A stretch of DNA of 64,000 nucleotides from an uncultured Acidobacteriota bacterium (GCA_963779945.1 CAWAAB010000001.1:1548744-1612743); one strand, 5' to 3'. Counted from the stretch's first letter, positions 7,915 through 17,715 are shown. Notes: generated from the sequence alone by a model not told the origin. Numbers and translations: made by a program.

Positions 7915-9516
7915 ATGAAGATCGTCGTAGCTGAAAAAATATCCGCCTCGGCCGTGGATCTGCTGCGCGAGCCGCGCTGGGTCGTGGTTACGCTCGACAA
8001 CATGGAGGGTGGCCTCGGGGCGCAACTGGAATCGGCGGATGCCTTGATCGTGCGCTCCGCAGTGCAGGTCAATGCGGAATTACTTACGCATGCGCGCAAG
8101 CTGCGGGTGATTGGCCGTGCGGGGGTGGGCGTGGACAATATTGAGCTCGACCCCGCCACGCGCCAAGGCATTGCCGTAATGAACACGCCCGGCGCCAACG
8201 CCGTGGCCGTGGCCGAACACACATTGGCCATGATGCTGGCCATGGCGCGTCACCTGTGCCGGGCGAATGATTTGATGCACGCCGGCAAGTGGGAAAAGAA
8301 ATCGCTGCAAGGGACAGAACTGCGCGGCAAGACTCTGGGCATCGTCGGCCTGGGACGTGTAGGGATGGAAGTCGCCCGGCGGGCGCGGGCGTTCGGCATG
8401 GAAATTGTCGCGCATGATCCCTTTGTTTCCGTGCTGGTCGCCAAGGAGCAGGGGATCCAGATGGCGGCCCTGGAAGAGCTGCATGCGACTGCTGATTACC
8501 TAACTCTGCACGTCGGACTTACGCCCCAAACCACGGGAATGATCAACGCTGAAACGATCAAGAAGATGAAGCGGGGCGTGCGGCTGGTGAACTGCGCACG
8601 CGGCGAACTGATTGACGAGGCCGCGCTGGCCCAGGCAGTGAAGCAGGGGCATATAGCCGCGGCGGCGCTGGATGTTTTTGCCGAAGAGCCGCTGAAGAAT
8701 TCGCCGCTGGCTGCGCTCGAAAACGTCATTTTGACGCCTCACATCGGTGGGTCCACTTTTGAGGCGCAGGAAGCGGTGGGCTATCAGATTGCGCTGCAGG
8801 TGAAGGAATATCTGAAGAGTGGTGTGATTCAGAACGCGGTCAATGTGCCTTCGGTTTCGCACGATGAGTTTGTCGAACTGCAACCCTACATCGTGCTGGC
8901 GGAAAAGCTGGGTTCGTTCCTGGCACAGGTCAGTGAGGGGGCGCTGGAAGAGATTTCGTTGGGCTACAGCGGGCATATCGCGGAGTGGAAGACGGAATTG
9001 ATCCGCAACGCCGCGATCAAGGGCATTTTGAACGAAGCGCTGGAGGAGAAAGCCAACCTGGTGAACGCGACTGCAATCGCGGCCGCGCGCGGACTGCGAG
9101 TGCATGAGGCCCGCAAGTCCAAAGCATCGACCGGCGGCGCGGGCAGCGTGCTGTCCATTCTTATGAAGACGCAGACCGAAGAGCACTTGGTCAAAGGCGC
9201 GGTATTGCACGGCAAGACGCCCCGGCTGCTACACGTGGACGGAATCGAAGTGGAAGCGCCGCTGGAGCGAAACCTGATTTTCCTTGGCAACCGCGACGTG
9301 CCCGGGGTGATTGGCAGAGTAGGCACGATTCTCGGCGACCACAAGATCAACATCGCCGATTTTTCCCTGGGCCGGCGAGTGGGAAACGAGAAGCCGGGTA
9401 AGACACGCGAGGCCATTGCGGTAGTGCACGTCGATGGAATTGTGCCTGAGCGCGTGCTGGAGGCCCTGAGAAAGGTTCCGGCCATCGCGCGCGCCAAGGC
9501 GATCCGGCTGGCGTAG
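7915..9516 (+). CDS. serA: D-3-phosphoglycerate dehydrogenase (long form with C-terminal ACT domain)
   Basis: 533 aa with an NAD-binding GIVGLGRVG motif. The C-terminal region is consistent with the long ASB/ACT-bearing form (judged from size and layout, not from a motif). Confidence 0.9.
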   Translation: MKIVVAEKISASAVDLLREPRWVVVTLDNMEGGLGAQLESADALIVRSAVQVNAELLTHARKLRVIGRAGVGVDNIELDPATRQGIAVMNTPGANAVAVAEHTLAMMLAMARHLCRANDLMHAGKWEKKSLQGTELRGKTLGIVGLGRVGMEVARRARAFGMEIVAHDPFVSVLVAKEQGIQMAALEELHATADYLTLHVGLTPQTTGMINAETIKKMKRGVRLVNCARGELIDEAALAQAVKQGHIAAAALDVFAEEPLKNSPLAALENVILTPHIGGSTFEAQEAVGYQIALQVKEYLKSGVIQNAVNVPSVSHDEFVELQPYIVLAEKLGSFLAQVSEGALEEISLGYSGHIAEWKTELIRNAAIKGILNEALEEKANLVNATAIAAARGLRVHEARKSKASTGGAGSVLSILMKTQTEEHLVKGAVLHGKTPRLLHVDGIEVEAPLERNLIFLGNRDVPGVIGRVGTILGDHKINIADFSLGRRVGNEKPGKTREAIAVVHVDGIVPERVLEALRKVPAIARAKAIRLA

Positions 9517-9591
9517 CGTTCCCTCTGATTAACCACACGCAAGCTCCGAATGTGGCACAATTCTGTATCAAACCATGAAAGAGGACACGGG

Positions 9592-10272
9592 ATGCTCAAG
9601 CGGGCAGCGATTGTGGCAGCAGCAACAATTGTTCTGATTTCTTTTTTCTTAGCTTCGACCGCCCTCGGTCAAGACGGGCGTTTCGACGCCAGCATAAACG
9701 GTGGAGAGGTGTTTACCAACACGGCCAGCGGGAATTCGGTTGTCCAAAGCGCCACTGCGGGCTTGAATGTCTTTGGCACGCTTCGCTACAAGTTCAAGTC
9801 CAAGCACTCGTTGCTGTTCAACTACGGGCGGTCGAGAAATTCGCAGACCTACCAGTCGGGCGACAACTTTCACGTTCTGAACTCAATTTCGGAGATCAGC
9901 GGAGCGTATATGTTTAGCCCGATGCCCAACAGCAAGTTTCAGCCTTTCTTTCTAGCAGGGGGCGGAGCGCTGATCTTTAGTCCCAGCAGCACCTGGGTGG
10001 TTTTTCCTAACTTGCCGGACAATGTGATGGATCGCGTCCAGGTCAACCTGGGCGCGTCCAGTCAAACCGAGTTGGCATTTCTCTATGGGTTGGGAGTGGA
10101 TTACAAGCTGCCATGGTTCTCCAGGCTTTCGCTCCGTTTTCAATACCGCGGCTTTCTCTACAAAGCGCCCGACTTCAAAGTGGACCAGAACGCGGGCAGT
10201 CAGGTGAACTTCTTTACCGGCGGCAAGGAACACATGGCCGAGCCGTCGATCGGGTTTGTGTACCGCTTTTAA
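9592..10272 (+). CDS. Outer-membrane beta-barrel protein (OmpW/OmpA-like porin family)
   Basis: Signal peptide MLKRAAIVAAATIVLISFFLASTALGQ, alternating beta-strand pattern, C-terminal ...GFVYRF. Confidence 0.7.
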   Translation: MLKRAAIVAAATIVLISFFLASTALGQDGRFDASINGGEVFTNTASGNSVVQSATAGLNVFGTLRYKFKSKHSLLFNYGRSRNSQTYQSGDNFHVLNSISEISGAYMFSPMPNSKFQPFFLAGGGALIFSPSSTWVVFPNLPDNVMDRVQVNLGASSQTELAFLYGLGVDYKLPWFSRLSLRFQYRGFLYKAPDFKVDQNAGSQVNFFTGGKEHMAEPSIGFVYRF

Positions 10273-10281
10273 AAAACCTGG

Positions 10282-10309
10282 CCACAGATCTTCACGGATC
10301 AACACCGAT
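10282..10309 (+). repeat. Family B dispersed repeat (CCACAGATCTT-CACGGATCAA-CACCGAT)
   Basis: Intergenic, 3' of the beta-barrel gene. Confidence 0.7.
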
Positions 10310-10369
10310 GTGCCAAGAACTTACCCGGCAAAGACGCAGAGAAGAACTGCCCGCGACTCCGAAGACTTT

Positions 10370-10399
10370 AACCACAGGGGACACGGGGGTTCACAGAGG
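10370..10399 (+). repeat. Family A dispersed repeat (AACCACAGGGGACACGGGGGTTCACAGAGG)
   Basis: Same intergenic region as the family B copy at 10282. Confidence 0.7.
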
Positions 10400-10415
10400 A
10401 AATGCGTGGCCGATC

Positions 10416-11540
10416 TTAAGAGTTGAGTGCGGCCTTGCGGAGCTTGCGGCTCTCGGCCAGCAGAGCCATGGAGTGCATCAGGTTTTGCAGGGTCACGATG
10501 CCCACCAATCGCTGATCTTCAACTACCGGGATGATGCTCAGATTGCGCACGGTCAGTTTGCGGAAGGCTGAGGCCAGCGACTCTTTTTTCTGCGCGACTT
10601 CGAAGATGCGGTTCATGACCGCCTGCACGTAGCCGTTGCCCTCGGCACGCAGGGCCTGCAGGATCCTCTGCTTGGAGATCACACCCACCATGTCACTGCC
10701 GCGAATCACGGGGAAATCATCCTGCAAGGAGTGCACGGCTTTATCGAGCGCGTCTTCCAGAGTGTCAGCTGGCGAGAGCGTAGCGAAGTCGGTCAGCATG
10801 ATATCTTCCAAGCGCACTGTCTCCAGCACCGACTGAAATACCGCCGAACGCTCTTCCAGTTGCGCAGCGATGAACAGGAAAAAGCCGATCATGGTCAGCC
10901 AGATGTTCCACAACATGCCAGTGAGCATGAACAGCGTGGCAAAGGCCTGGCCGATGGCGATGGCGCGGCGGGTGGCGCGGACGGGATCCATGCGGCGGCC
11001 AAAAAGCGCCCGCAGAATCTTTCCGCCATCCAGCGGATAGGCGGGCAACAAGTTGAACAGACCCAGCCACAGGTTTGACCAAACCAGGGCTCGCGGCAGA
11101 TTGCCGGATTGCAGGTCCCAGGGCTTGGTCCAAAGGTGAATCTCGGGAGCGACAGCCAGCAGAATGCTGGCAGCGGCAAATGCGATGGCGAGATTGACTA
11201 TGGGGCCGGCGATCGCGATGCGGATGTCGCGTTTCCAGGTCAGGACGCCGGGTTCGACCGGTTGCTGAGTTTCATCGAGCAGGGTGATCCCGCCAATGGG
11301 CAGCAGGATAATGGCTTTGGCGGGGATTCCGGCGTGAGTCGCGACCAGCGCGTGCCCCAGTTCGTGCAGCAGCACCGAAGCGAAGACAATTCCTACAAGC
11401 GCCAGGCCACGGCCCGCGCTGGCTGCCCCATGCGACGCCGACTCGGTCAACCAGACGAAGAGCAGCAGAAAGAAAAAGGTCAGATGGATTCGGAGTTCGA
11501 CTCCGAAAACCCGCCCTGCCGGGATGGACCAGTTTCTCAT
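10416..11540 (-). CDS. Site-2 protease family (M50) zinc metalloprotease with a CBS pair
   Basis: HELGHALVA zinc motif, multiple TM segments, C-terminal CBS-like region. Confidence 0.85.
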   Translation of the reverse strand: MRNWSIPAGRVFGVELRIHLTFFFLLLFVWLTESASHGAASAGRGLALVGIVFASVLLHELGHALVATHAGIPAKAIILLPIGGITLLDETQQPVEPGVLTWKRDIRIAIAGPIVNLAIAFAAASILLAVAPEIHLWTKPWDLQSGNLPRALVWSNLWLGLFNLLPAYPLDGGKILRALFGRRMDPVRATRRAIAIGQAFATLFMLTGMLWNIWLTMIGFFLFIAAQLEERSAVFQSVLETVRLEDIMLTDFATLSPADTLEDALDKAVHSLQDDFPVIRGSDMVGVISKQRILQALRAEGNGYVQAVMNRIFEVAQKKESLASAFRKLTVRNLSIIPVVEDQRLVGIVTLQNLMHSMALLAESRKLRKAALNS

Positions 11541-11648
11541 TTCGCGAATACCTGCGCTTCTATTCTATATAGTTTTAGATTCTGAGGCTGGATGCAGGAT
11601 GCGGTTGCCCACTCGGAAGTGCTGGACTGCGGGTGCGGCCGGAAGACC

Positions 11649-12215
11649 ATGAGAGTGATCGCAGGAAAATTTCGCAGCCGAAAGCTGAAGACGTTGCCGG
11701 GGATGGAAGTGCGTCCCACGAGCGACCGGCTGCGGGAGACGCTGTTCGACATACTAACCGCGGGCAATCCAGAGGCGCTCGAAGGGATGGTCTGGATTGA
11801 CCTTTACGCAGGGACGGGAGCCGTGGGAATCGAGGCGCTGAGCCGGGGCGCGGGCATGGTTTATTTTGTGGAATCGGCGCCGGATGCTGCGGAGTTGATC
11901 CGGAAAAACCTGGATGGTCTGGGCGTGAAGTCTGGATTCCAGGTGCTTAGGCAGGATGCAGTTCGGGCTTTGCAGGCGTGGGACAAGAGCGCGATTCAGG
12001 CCAATTTTGTGTTCATGGATCCGCCGTATCGTATGGAAGAGACTTACGGTCAGGTTCTTACGACTCTTTCGATTTCGACCCTCCTGCTGCCCGAGGCTAT
12101 TGTGATTGTTGAGCATCAGAAGAAGTTTGATCCGGGCGAGCAGGTCGCGTCGTTACAGCGGTACCGGCTGCTCAAGCAAGGGGATGCGGCGCTGAGTTTC
12201 TACCGGAAGGGATGA
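11649..12215 (+). CDS. rsmD: 16S rRNA (guanine966-N2)-methyltransferase
   Basis: MRVIAGKFRSRKL....G.EVRPTSDRLRETLFDIL, DLYAGTGAVGIEALSRGA, and DPPY motif. Confidence 0.85.
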   Translation: MRVIAGKFRSRKLKTLPGMEVRPTSDRLRETLFDILTAGNPEALEGMVWIDLYAGTGAVGIEALSRGAGMVYFVESAPDAAELIRKNLDGLGVKSGFQVLRQDAVRALQAWDKSAIQANFVFMDPPYRMEETYGQVLTTLSISTLLLPEAIVIVEHQKKFDPGEQVASLQRYRLLKQGDAALSFYRKG

Positions 12216-12266
12216 GAGATTCCCCGCCCAAGCAAAGCTTAGACGGGGCACGCTCGAAAGTGTCGC

Positions 12267-12821
12267 CTACATCACGATTTCGTTGACCCGGCGCACGATG
12301 GGATGTTGCATCTCCTGCAAATCGTTTTTCACCCTATTGAGGCCGTAGACGCACTGCTCGAAGTGGCTCGACAAGCTGGCGAAGAGCGGCGCGACCTTGG
12401 TGTATTCGAAGCAATCGAACTTGGAGACGATGTAATAGCTCTCCTTGCCGGCTTTCATCCAATCCACGAAATTCTCCAGGCGATTGCGGCGCAGGCGAAA
12501 TTGATTGATGCTTTCGGGAAACATGCCGGTGAAAAACAGAGTGTAGTCGCCGACGTGTTTGCGCACCTGGCGTTCGCGGTCGAATGAGGGCGCGGGTCCG
12601 AACACGGGATCGGTTTCGAGCAGCATCTCACCGACGTCGGTCAGTGGCCGCCCGGCGGCCGTGCTGCGAATCATGAAGAGCTGTTCGACTTCGCAAAATT
12701 CAGCTAGTAGGTGAGCAACGTAGTTGACGATCTGAGGATCGCGGATGCCGATCTCCTCAGCGTAATGACGCCCCACAAGTTCGAGGAACAACTTCTGCAA
12801 CGGATGCGATTCTGGAATCAT
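12267..12821 (-). CDS. Conserved hypothetical protein
   Basis: 184-aa ORF with protein-like composition and GGAGGTGAG upstream of the ATG. No family recognised. Confidence 0.55.
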   Translation of the reverse strand: MIPESHPLQKLFLELVGRHYAEEIGIRDPQIVNYVAHLLAEFCEVEQLFMIRSTAAGRPLTDVGEMLLETDPVFGPAPSFDRERQVRKHVGDYTLFFTGMFPESINQFRLRRNRLENFVDWMKAGKESYYIVSKFDCFEYTKVAPLFASLSSHFEQCVYGLNRVKNDLQEMQHPIVRRVNEIVM

Positions 12822-13068
12822 GCGGGGCTCACCTCCGTAAAACCCGCCAGCGGCGGCGCACGCCGCTGTGTTGAGTGATTACTTATCTCACCTTCACTGC
12901 GAACGCAAGTGACTTCTGTGTTTCGGCACCCCACGTTCGTGCCATGTGACTTAGAAGTGTGAAGATGGGCAAAGGTTTTACCGGCTTTCTGTTGGCAGTC
13001 GCGCTCGTCGGCTGCCAATTGTGAGGGCATCTGTCCAGTACAATATCGGCTACGGAGGGATCAGGATC

Positions 13069-13461
13069 GTGGAACGAAAGAACATATCGAGCGGCGCGCC
13101 TTGGGAACCAGTGGTGGGGTATTCACGCGCGGTTCGGGTCGGCAATAGCGTTCTCGTGGCGGGGACGACCGCAACTGGCCCTGATGGGAAGATTGTTGGT
13201 GTGGGAGACAGCTACGCGCAGGCGATCCAGACGCTAAAGAATATCGAGTCAGCGCTACAGAAAGCGGGCGCCAGCATGAGAGATGTGGTGCGCACGCGAA
13301 TGTTCGTCACCAATATTGCGGATTGGGAGAAGATCGGCAAAGCGCATGGAGAGTTTTTTCGCGACATCCGGCCGGCGACTTCGATGGTGGAAGTGAGCAA
13401 GTTGATTTCTCCCGAGATGCTGGTGGAGATTGAGGCGGACGCGGTGATCGGAAGTTCTTAG
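13069..13461 (+). CDS. RidA/YjgF-family protein
   Basis: GTG at 13069 gives [26 protein letters not shown]...RTRMFV...EIEADAV, a RidA-like layout. The ORF is open from 13021. Confidence 0.8.
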   Translation: MERKNISSGAPWEPVVGYSRAVRVGNSVLVAGTTATGPDGKIVGVGDSYAQAIQTLKNIESALQKAGASMRDVVRTRMFVTNIADWEKIGKAHGEFFRDIRPATSMVEVSKLISPEMLVEIEADAVIGSS

Positions 13462-13490
13462 GAATGAATTCGCACTCACGGAGGAATGGG

Positions 13491-14816
13491 ATGAAAGCCT
13501 TCCGGACGCTTTTCCTAGTTGTCGCTGTGGTGGTGCCACTTCCGGCGCAACAGAACTCTAGTACGCCGACTCTGCATTCGTTCACGGTGATTCGTGCGGG
13601 AACGCTGATTGACGGGAAGTCGGACGCGGCTCGCCACAATCAGGTCATTGTGATCCGAGGGGAGCGGATTGAAAGCATCTCAGATAGCGCCACAGCCAAG
13701 ATTCCTGCAAATGCTGACTTCATCGACCTTTCGAACGCGACGGTTTTGCCGGGGCTGATCGATTCCCACACACACATTTTCTTGCAGGGAGAAGATCCGG
13801 CGCAGGGCGGATATGACGCCAACATCCTGAAATATCCGTTGGCGTATCGGGCGGTGCGAGCGGGAGTGGCTGCGCGGCGAGCGCTGGAGCAGGGATTCAC
13901 CACTTTGCGCGACGTCGAAACCGAAGGCGCAGGCTACGGCGATGTGGGCATCAAAATGGCGATCGAAGAGGGTTACATCCCTGGGCCAAGACTGTTTGTG
14001 GCGACGCGCGCGATTTCGACGACAGGCGGATACATGTTGGAAGATTACGCACCGGAATTAGTATTGCCGAAAGGGGCACAGATTGTGGACGGGCCGGTGG
14101 AGGCCCGCAAAGCGGCGCGGGAACAACTAGATCGTGGAGCGGATTGGATCAAGGTATACATGACGCACCGATCTTGGCTGGGAAAGAATGGCGAGCTGGT
14201 TTCACAGCCGACGCTTACGGTCGAAGAACTCAAGGCGATTGTCGACGAGACCCACGGCTGGGGGAAAAAGGTCGCATGCCATGCTTATGGCGGCATCGGG
14301 CTGCACCGTGGACTGGACGGGGGCTGCGATTCGATTGAGCACGGGCTTGATCTGGACGACGCTGCCATCGCGCAAATGCTGAAGCAGGGGACCTGGTATT
14401 GCCCAACTATCAGTGTGTACTACACGGATTGGGCGCCGGCGGACACCCCCGTCGGGCAACGGGACCGTAAGCGGGCAGCGGTGCATGAAGTGTCGTTTCC
14501 CAAGGCGCTGCACGCGGGCGTGAAGATTGTTTTCGGCACGGACATGGGAGGCATTCCCTGGAGCGAGCCCATCGCGCAGGAATTTTCCCACATGGTTCGC
14601 CTGGGCATGTCGCCGATGGATGCCATCGAGAGTGCGACTTCGCGTCCGGCAGAAATGCTGGAGATGCAGGGGCAGATTGGAGCCATCACGCCGGGAGCGC
14701 TGGCCGACATCGTCGCGGTCGATGGCGATCCTGTGCGCGACATCAAGGTCCTCGAAAATGTGCAGTTTGTGATGAAGGGTGGAAAGGTGTTTAAGAGCGG
14801 AGGCAAGGTCAATTAG
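13491..14816 (+). CDS. Secreted metal-dependent amidohydrolase
   Basis: Signal peptide, then the LPGLIDSHTH metal-binding motif and a downstream ...CHAYG.. motif. Confidence 0.85.
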   Translation: MKAFRTLFLVVAVVVPLPAQQNSSTPTLHSFTVIRAGTLIDGKSDAARHNQVIVIRGERIESISDSATAKIPANADFIDLSNATVLPGLIDSHTHIFLQGEDPAQGGYDANILKYPLAYRAVRAGVAARRALEQGFTTLRDVETEGAGYGDVGIKMAIEEGYIPGPRLFVATRAISTTGGYMLEDYAPELVLPKGAQIVDGPVEARKAAREQLDRGADWIKVYMTHRSWLGKNGELVSQPTLTVEELKAIVDETHGWGKKVACHAYGGIGLHRGLDGGCDSIEHGLDLDDAAIAQMLKQGTWYCPTISVYYTDWAPADTPVGQRDRKRAAVHEVSFPKALHAGVKIVFGTDMGGIPWSEPIAQEFSHMVRLGMSPMDAIESATSRPAEMLEMQGQIGAITPGALADIVAVDGDPVRDIKVLENVQFVMKGGKVFKSGGKVN

Positions 14817-14856
14817 TGGCTCGCGCCGCCGCGAAACCGGCCAAAGCAAAATTATT

Positions 14857-14926
14857 CACCACGGAGGCACAGAGACACAGGGCAAACCGAAATTTTGACC
14901 ACAAAGGACACAAAGGGGAACGAAGG
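14857..14926 (+). repeat. Two family A repeat copies (14857-14882 and 14897-14926)
   Basis: CACCACGGAGGCACAGAGACACAGGG and GACCACAAAGGACACAAAGGGGAACGAAGG, both intergenic. Confidence 0.7.
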
Positions 14927-14953
14927 AAAAACCTAACTTCGAGGAAAGCGCCA

Positions 14954-14980
14954 CCGCGGATTTCCGCGGATGAACCAGAT
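14954..14980 (+). repeat. Family B dispersed repeat (CCGCGGATTT-CCGCGGATGAA-CCAGAT)
   Basis: Adjacent to the family A copies, in the same intergenic region. Confidence 0.65.
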
Positions 14981-15038
14981 CGACCAAAAGCAAAAGGCCA
15001 GCGCGAGGCCGGCCTTTGCACGGAACTGATCCCGCCGA

Positions 15039-15338
15039 CTACTTCTTGGGTGCGGGGGCGATGGCGTCTTTCGTAGCTTTCGCCACACGGAACTTCACCA
15101 CGGTCTTGGCCTTGATCTGAATGGGTTCGCCGGTCTGCGGATTGCGTCCCATGCGGGCTTTGCGGTGAGCCTTTACCAGGCGGCCCAATCCGGGCACGAC
15201 GAATACGCCGTTCTTCTTGGTCTCTTTTACCGCGGTGTCGACCAGATGCTCAATGAATGCGGCTGCGGTCTTATTGTTGGTCTCGAGTTTCTCGGCCAGA
15301 TGGCGGACGAGTTGGGTCTTGGTCATACCTGATGCCAT
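15039..15338 (-). CDS. hup: HU-family nucleoid-associated DNA-binding protein
   Basis: MTKTQLV..LAEK........A..F...L.....E..KK.G.F.VPGLG.L......AR.GRNP.TGE.I.I....V.KFR pattern. Confidence 0.9.
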   Translation of the reverse strand: MASGMTKTQLVRHLAEKLETNNKTAAAFIEHLVDTAVKETKKNGVFVVPGLGRLVKAHRKARMGRNPQTGEPIQIKAKTVVKFRVAKATKDAIAPAPKK

Positions 15339-15588
15339 GCTTCCTCCTATAAAACGTTTAGATTTCCTGCGGTAATTGGCATCTTATATCAGCTTTCCTG
15401 TGGAAAAACAGCGTTTTCACCGCATTTTATGCGGTTTTTTCAAAGAGGAACCACAAAAGCCCACAAGAATAGCCCCTTTTGCCCTTGCGGGCTGCGAAAC
15501 CCCTGCTTTCATTGGGGGAGGGGCTTTCTCTGGAGACGCTGGGCAGACGCTCACTACATGGGATAATGAACCCACGGAGACCCTACTC

Positions 15589-16242
15589 GTGAGTTGCGCG
15601 ATCTGCGAAAAACGCAAGGAGAAACGTTTTTGCCCGGCGGTCCACGGGCGCATCTGCGCGCAATGTTGCGGTGAGCAGCGCGAAGTGACGCTCGATTGCC
15701 CCAGCGATTGCGTCTATTTGCAGCAGGCGCGGGAGCATGAAAAGCCCCGCGAGTTACGGGATTTGGACCAGGCTGCGCTGTTCTCCCAGATCGAAATTGG
15801 CGATCAGTTTCTCTACGAACATGAGCACCTGATTGTGGGACTGACGGTCGCGCTGGCCAAATGCGCGCGCGCGGATCGCGGTATCAACGACGCCGATATG
15901 ATCGCTGCGCTCAGTGCGATCACCCGGACTCACGAGACTTTGGCGAATTCAGGATTGCTCTATGAGGCGCCAACTACCAGTTCGAGCCAGCAGGCAATCG
16001 CCGCGGAAGTGCAGAAGATGCTGAAGGAATATCGCGAGGCGGAACAGAAACATCTGGGCTATTCGCGGCTGCGGGAATCTGATGTGCTGAAAGCTCTGGT
16101 GTTTCTGCTGCGCATGGGATACGCACGAACATCGGGCAGGCCCAAGGCACGGGCGTTTGTGGATTTCGTGCTGGCGCAGTTTCCCGAGCAACCGGCGATT
16201 GCCGCGCCGGAAGAGGCTGGGAGCCGGTTGATTCTGCCGTAG
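15589..16242 (+). CDS. Hypothetical protein with a Cys-rich N-terminus
   Basis: CAICEKRKEKRFCPAVHGRICAQCCGEQREVTLDCPSDC. The start is uncertain: the ORF is open from 15376, and GTG 15589 is chosen to leave room for a promoter divergent from hup. Confidence 0.5.
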   Translation: MSCAICEKRKEKRFCPAVHGRICAQCCGEQREVTLDCPSDCVYLQQAREHEKPRELRDLDQAALFSQIEIGDQFLYEHEHLIVGLTVALAKCARADRGINDADMIAALSAITRTHETLANSGLLYEAPTTSSSQQAIAAEVQKMLKEYREAEQKHLGYSRLRESDVLKALVFLLRMGYARTSGRPKARAFVDFVLAQFPEQPAIAAPEEAGSRLILP

Positions 16243-16257
16243 GCGAGAAAAAGCTGG

Positions 16258-16324
16258 CCACGGATTTCCACGGATCAACACAGATAGTTCTTGTTTTTTT
16301 CTTGGCTGATCCGTGGAAATCCGT
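16258..16324. repeat. Family B repeat (16258-16285) with an inverted partial partner (16308-16324), forming a hairpin between convergent genes
   Basis: CGGATTTCCACGGATC and GATCCGTGGAAATCCG are reverse complements. A T-run TTGTTTTTTTCTT lies between them. Confidence 0.7.
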
Positions 16325-16326
16325 CG

Positions 16327-16806
16327 CTAAGTTTTTCGTACGGCTTGGCCGGACGGCAAAGCGTCCCGCAATTCACGAGCAGTTTGCTTCAGCTTCGGAT
16401 GGCTTACACCAGGGGCGATTTCTGCCAGCGGTTCCAGCACGAAGCGGCGTTCTTGCAGGGCGGGATGCGGGATGGTCACGCCTTTGGTTTCTACGATCGA
16501 ATCCCCAAACAGCAAGATGTCGATGTCGATGCTGCGCGGGCCCTTTTTCTGGGTTCGCGTTCTTCCCATTTTTTGTTCGACTGCAAGAATCGCGGCCATG
16601 AGGTCCTCGGGCGTCTTCTCGGTGTTTAATTCGACGACGCAATTCAGGAACCAGGGTTGAGCGGTGAATTCGACCGGCTCGGTTTCGTAGAAGGACGAAA
16701 CTTGCAGGACGGTTCCGAGAGAACGCAGCCGGTCGATGGCCGTATTCAAGTTGGCGGCGCGGTCGCCAACGTTTGAGCCGAGCGAGAGATAGACGGTGTT
16801 ACGCAC
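16327..16806 (-). CDS. folK: 2-amino-4-hydroxy-6-hydroxymethyldihydropteridine diphosphokinase
   Basis: VYLSLGSNVGDR...L..A...L, then ...GPR.IDIDILLF...PHP HPPK motifs. GTG start at 16806. Confidence 0.85.
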   Translation of the reverse strand: MRNTVYLSLGSNVGDRAANLNTAIDRLRSLGTVLQVSSFYETEPVEFTAQPWFLNCVVELNTEKTPEDLMAAILAVEQKMGRTRTQKKGPRSIDIDILLFGDSIVETKGVTIPHPALQERRFVLEPLAEIAPGVSHPKLKQTARELRDALPSGQAVRKT

Positions 16807-16880
16807 CAGGTATCCAGTTTTGGACTTGCGGTGGAGCAGCCAGCGACGGAAGCTTAATTGAACCACAACCAGGGACAACT

Positions 16881-17111
16881 ATGCTCTCCATCTATACCAA
16901 GATCGACCGTACCCAGCGCCTGCTGCGCATGTTAGAAGAAGATGCGCCGCTATTGGCGGTGCGGGTGGCGCCGCTGACGGCGGAACGGCAACGGACGGCG
17001 AAAGAGTATGCCGCCCAGTTGCGGGCCCGCACCCGCGAAGAACTGGAAAAACTAATCGAGCAGTGTTCCTTTTGGGATGCCAACGATCGGACTCCGCAAG
17101 CCGCCGATTGA
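16881..17111 (+). CDS. Small hypothetical protein
   Basis: 76-aa helical-looking ORF from ATG 16881. No family recognised. Confidence 0.4.
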   Translation: MLSIYTKIDRTQRLLRMLEEDAPLLAVRVAPLTAERQRTAKEYAAQLRARTREELEKLIEQCSFWDANDRTPQAAD

Positions 17112-17120
17112 ACCGTCAGG

Positions 17121-17612
17121 CTAATCCATGGGCAGCATGTACCCCGCGTTGCGACCCAATTGACCACCGAAGAATTGGGCGTCCAGCATTGCCATGTCCC
17201 AAGTGATCCAGGAAGCGGGCGTGAGCCGCAGGGTGACGTCATCGAAAGCGGCAAACACCGGCCCCACCTTGGGATCGGACAAAGCGGCCGGGCTCAGGTA
17301 CCGGCTGTGGATACGGTGGTTGATCTCCCGCGACTGGTCCCCTGTGATCACATCCACTTTGCCGGCCGCAGTGAGGCCACGCTCGGTGGCGGGCTTGCGC
17401 ACGTCCACCATGAGAGAAGCCTTCGGCCGCTCCGCTATGTTGCGCGCTTTGCGGGTGCGAGAAGAGGTCCCCACGAACAAGCAGCCTTTCTCGAACAGGT
17501 ACCAGACCGCGGTCAGGTGAATGCTGCCATCCGGGTTTTCGGTTCCGAAGGTAGCGATGTTACGTCCCTGCAGCAGCTTCTCAAGACTCGCATCCAACGT
17601 TTGAATCGCCAC
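17121..17612 (-). CDS. Pyridoxamine 5'-phosphate oxidase family (PPOX/F420-type) protein
   Basis: L......ATFGT..PDGS.H...VWY......L.....S...KARNI...P.ASL.V pattern. Confidence 0.75.
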   Translation of the reverse strand: MAIQTLDASLEKLLQGRNIATFGTENPDGSIHLTAVWYLFEKGCLFVGTSSRTRKARNIAERPKASLMVDVRKPATERGLTAAGKVDVITGDQSREINHRIHSRYLSPAALSDPKVGPVFAAFDDVTLRLTPASWITWDMAMLDAQFFGGQLGRNAGYMLPMD

Positions 17613-17715
17613 TTTTTGCCTCCAGGTTTCTTCAGACTTCTAGCGGCGTCAATTTTCTCACTCTTTGGCGGGCAGGGAGTGCGGGAATCAGGCGTCTCGA
17701 GGCTGGGCAGCAGGA

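Noticed and set aside
12965-13024. A 19-aa [22 protein letters not shown], resembling a lipoprotein signal peptide.
   Set aside because: It ends right after the lipobox-like Cys, so no mature protein would remain. It lies in the leader region of the divergent genes and has no supporting RBS.
14870-14926. A c-di-GMP-I (GEMM-I)-like motif: CACAGGGCAAACC followed by GGACACAAAGG.
   Set aside because: The first half matches the riboswitch core. However, there is no tetraloop hairpin between the halves, and the second half is ACACAAAGGG rather than ACGCAAAGCC. The resemblance comes from the family A repeat units themselves.
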